From Girardia tigrina (taxonomy: Eukaryota), in assembly GCA_001938485.1 (NCBI GenBank), contig MQRK01212652.1, positions 1 through 50,036 of the forward strand: 50,036 bases of DNA. The letters run 5' to 3'. Below the pieces are notes generated by a model, which saw nothing but the letters and a program-made list of their open reading frames with translations, was not told the origin of the DNA and did not search any database. A program made the position numbers and the translations under genes. Shown piece after piece: positions 48,934-50,036 of the stretch; the stretch's first letter is position 1; every line of letters starts with the position of its first letter.

Positions 48934-49630
48934 GCGAAATTAACACAGAATTCGAAGCAATAAATAATAAATTATAATAATTACGATTTACAAATTAAAA
49001 CAGAAACTTTCAAAGACGAAAATTCAGCCACCCGTCATAGTTTTCTGTTATAGTTTTTCTAGTTTAATTATAAATTAGGTTACCATTATTAGTTTAACTA
49101 TAGAACATAATCATTTATTTTTAAAAGTTCGTTTAAAATTAAATTTATATTTACAACTTTAACTGAAAAGTTTTATCTTTTTTAATTGATATTTGCTTGG
49201 GGGTGGTATATAATAAGAGGTTTAATTTCTATGCGACAATACTGCCTTTTGATGTATTGTGGCTTGAATAAGGGGCAATGACTACATGTTTTCATTTGTA
49301 CATCCTCTCCAATCGATTTCTACCTTTGTTAATTTTCATTTAAACATAGTAAAAATATATAATGATACATTATTTTAAAGATGATGAGGAAATATTATTC
49401 TTCGATATTTTTTTACACTAGTCTAATTTATAAAACTGTAAAATTTGGATATTATAATTTAAAAAAAATTCTTAATCACAAAATTCAAAGATCCCAGAAT
49501 TTTGTTTATTTTGCAATCCAAATATCAAGAACCATAATATTAAAACAATTCCTAAATTCGGTTTTTCTTTTGGGTAATTTAAAACACTTTTGTAACCTGT
49601 TAACCGGGCCTTCTCCTCCGCAATTATGTT

Positions 49631-50036
49631 TATGAGGGCTTAATTTAAATTATCATCTCGCCTGAATAATTTATTATTTTTTAATTTAAAGGGTAAAATA
49701 TTTTTATGTTAATATGCTTATTCAATATTTTAAAATTAAAAATGATAAAATAAAACAACTATTAAAAATCAAAAACGTTTTTAAAAATTAAATATTTTTA
49801 ATGTGTTTTGAAATATTTTAAAAAAAATTAAAAATAATATAATAAAAGAAAATCATAAAAATAAAATATCTATTAAAAATAAAAAATATCTTTTAATGTA
49901 TCTATTAAATATCTTATAATTAAAAATGTCAAGAAAACAAAAATATTAAATATTTATTTATAAATAAAAATATTTTTAATAAGCAATTTTAGAAAAACTT
50001 TGAAATAAATTTTGAAAATAAAGTTTAAATTATTTT
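49631..50036 (-). repeat. AT-rich dispersed repeat, copy 2 (inverted)
   Basis: Reverse complement of 15581-16000. Runs off the window end. Confidence 0.9.

Overview
AT-rich eukaryotic (animal) genomic DNA with four N-gaps (12276-12591, 15834-15883, 26235-26289, 39441-40073). The NK2.1 homeodomain and the transposon content suggest a planarian flatworm, but that is inference. Only one host gene looks intact: a three-exon NK2.1-class homeobox gene on the + strand (33014-33242, 33293-33585, 37830-38474; 388 aa). Its promoter carries CCAAT boxes and a dense cluster of NK2-binding motifs. Most of the rest is decayed transposons: several mariners, a long-TIR DD41D-like element with 47-aa spacing, Tigger/pogo, hAT, Mutator-like and piggyBac-like MITEs, gypsy fragments, RTE-like LINEs with three C-terminal C2H2 fingers, and a Helitron-end tandem array. 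There are also two orphan host-gene fragments, alpha-tubulin and MTMR14. The most unusual item is a 1694-bp TG...CA insert with a 5-bp target-site duplication inside a hAT transposase, which carries the MTMR14 5' half and no recognisable transposon sequence. All calls come from manual reading and recalled family motifs, not database searches.
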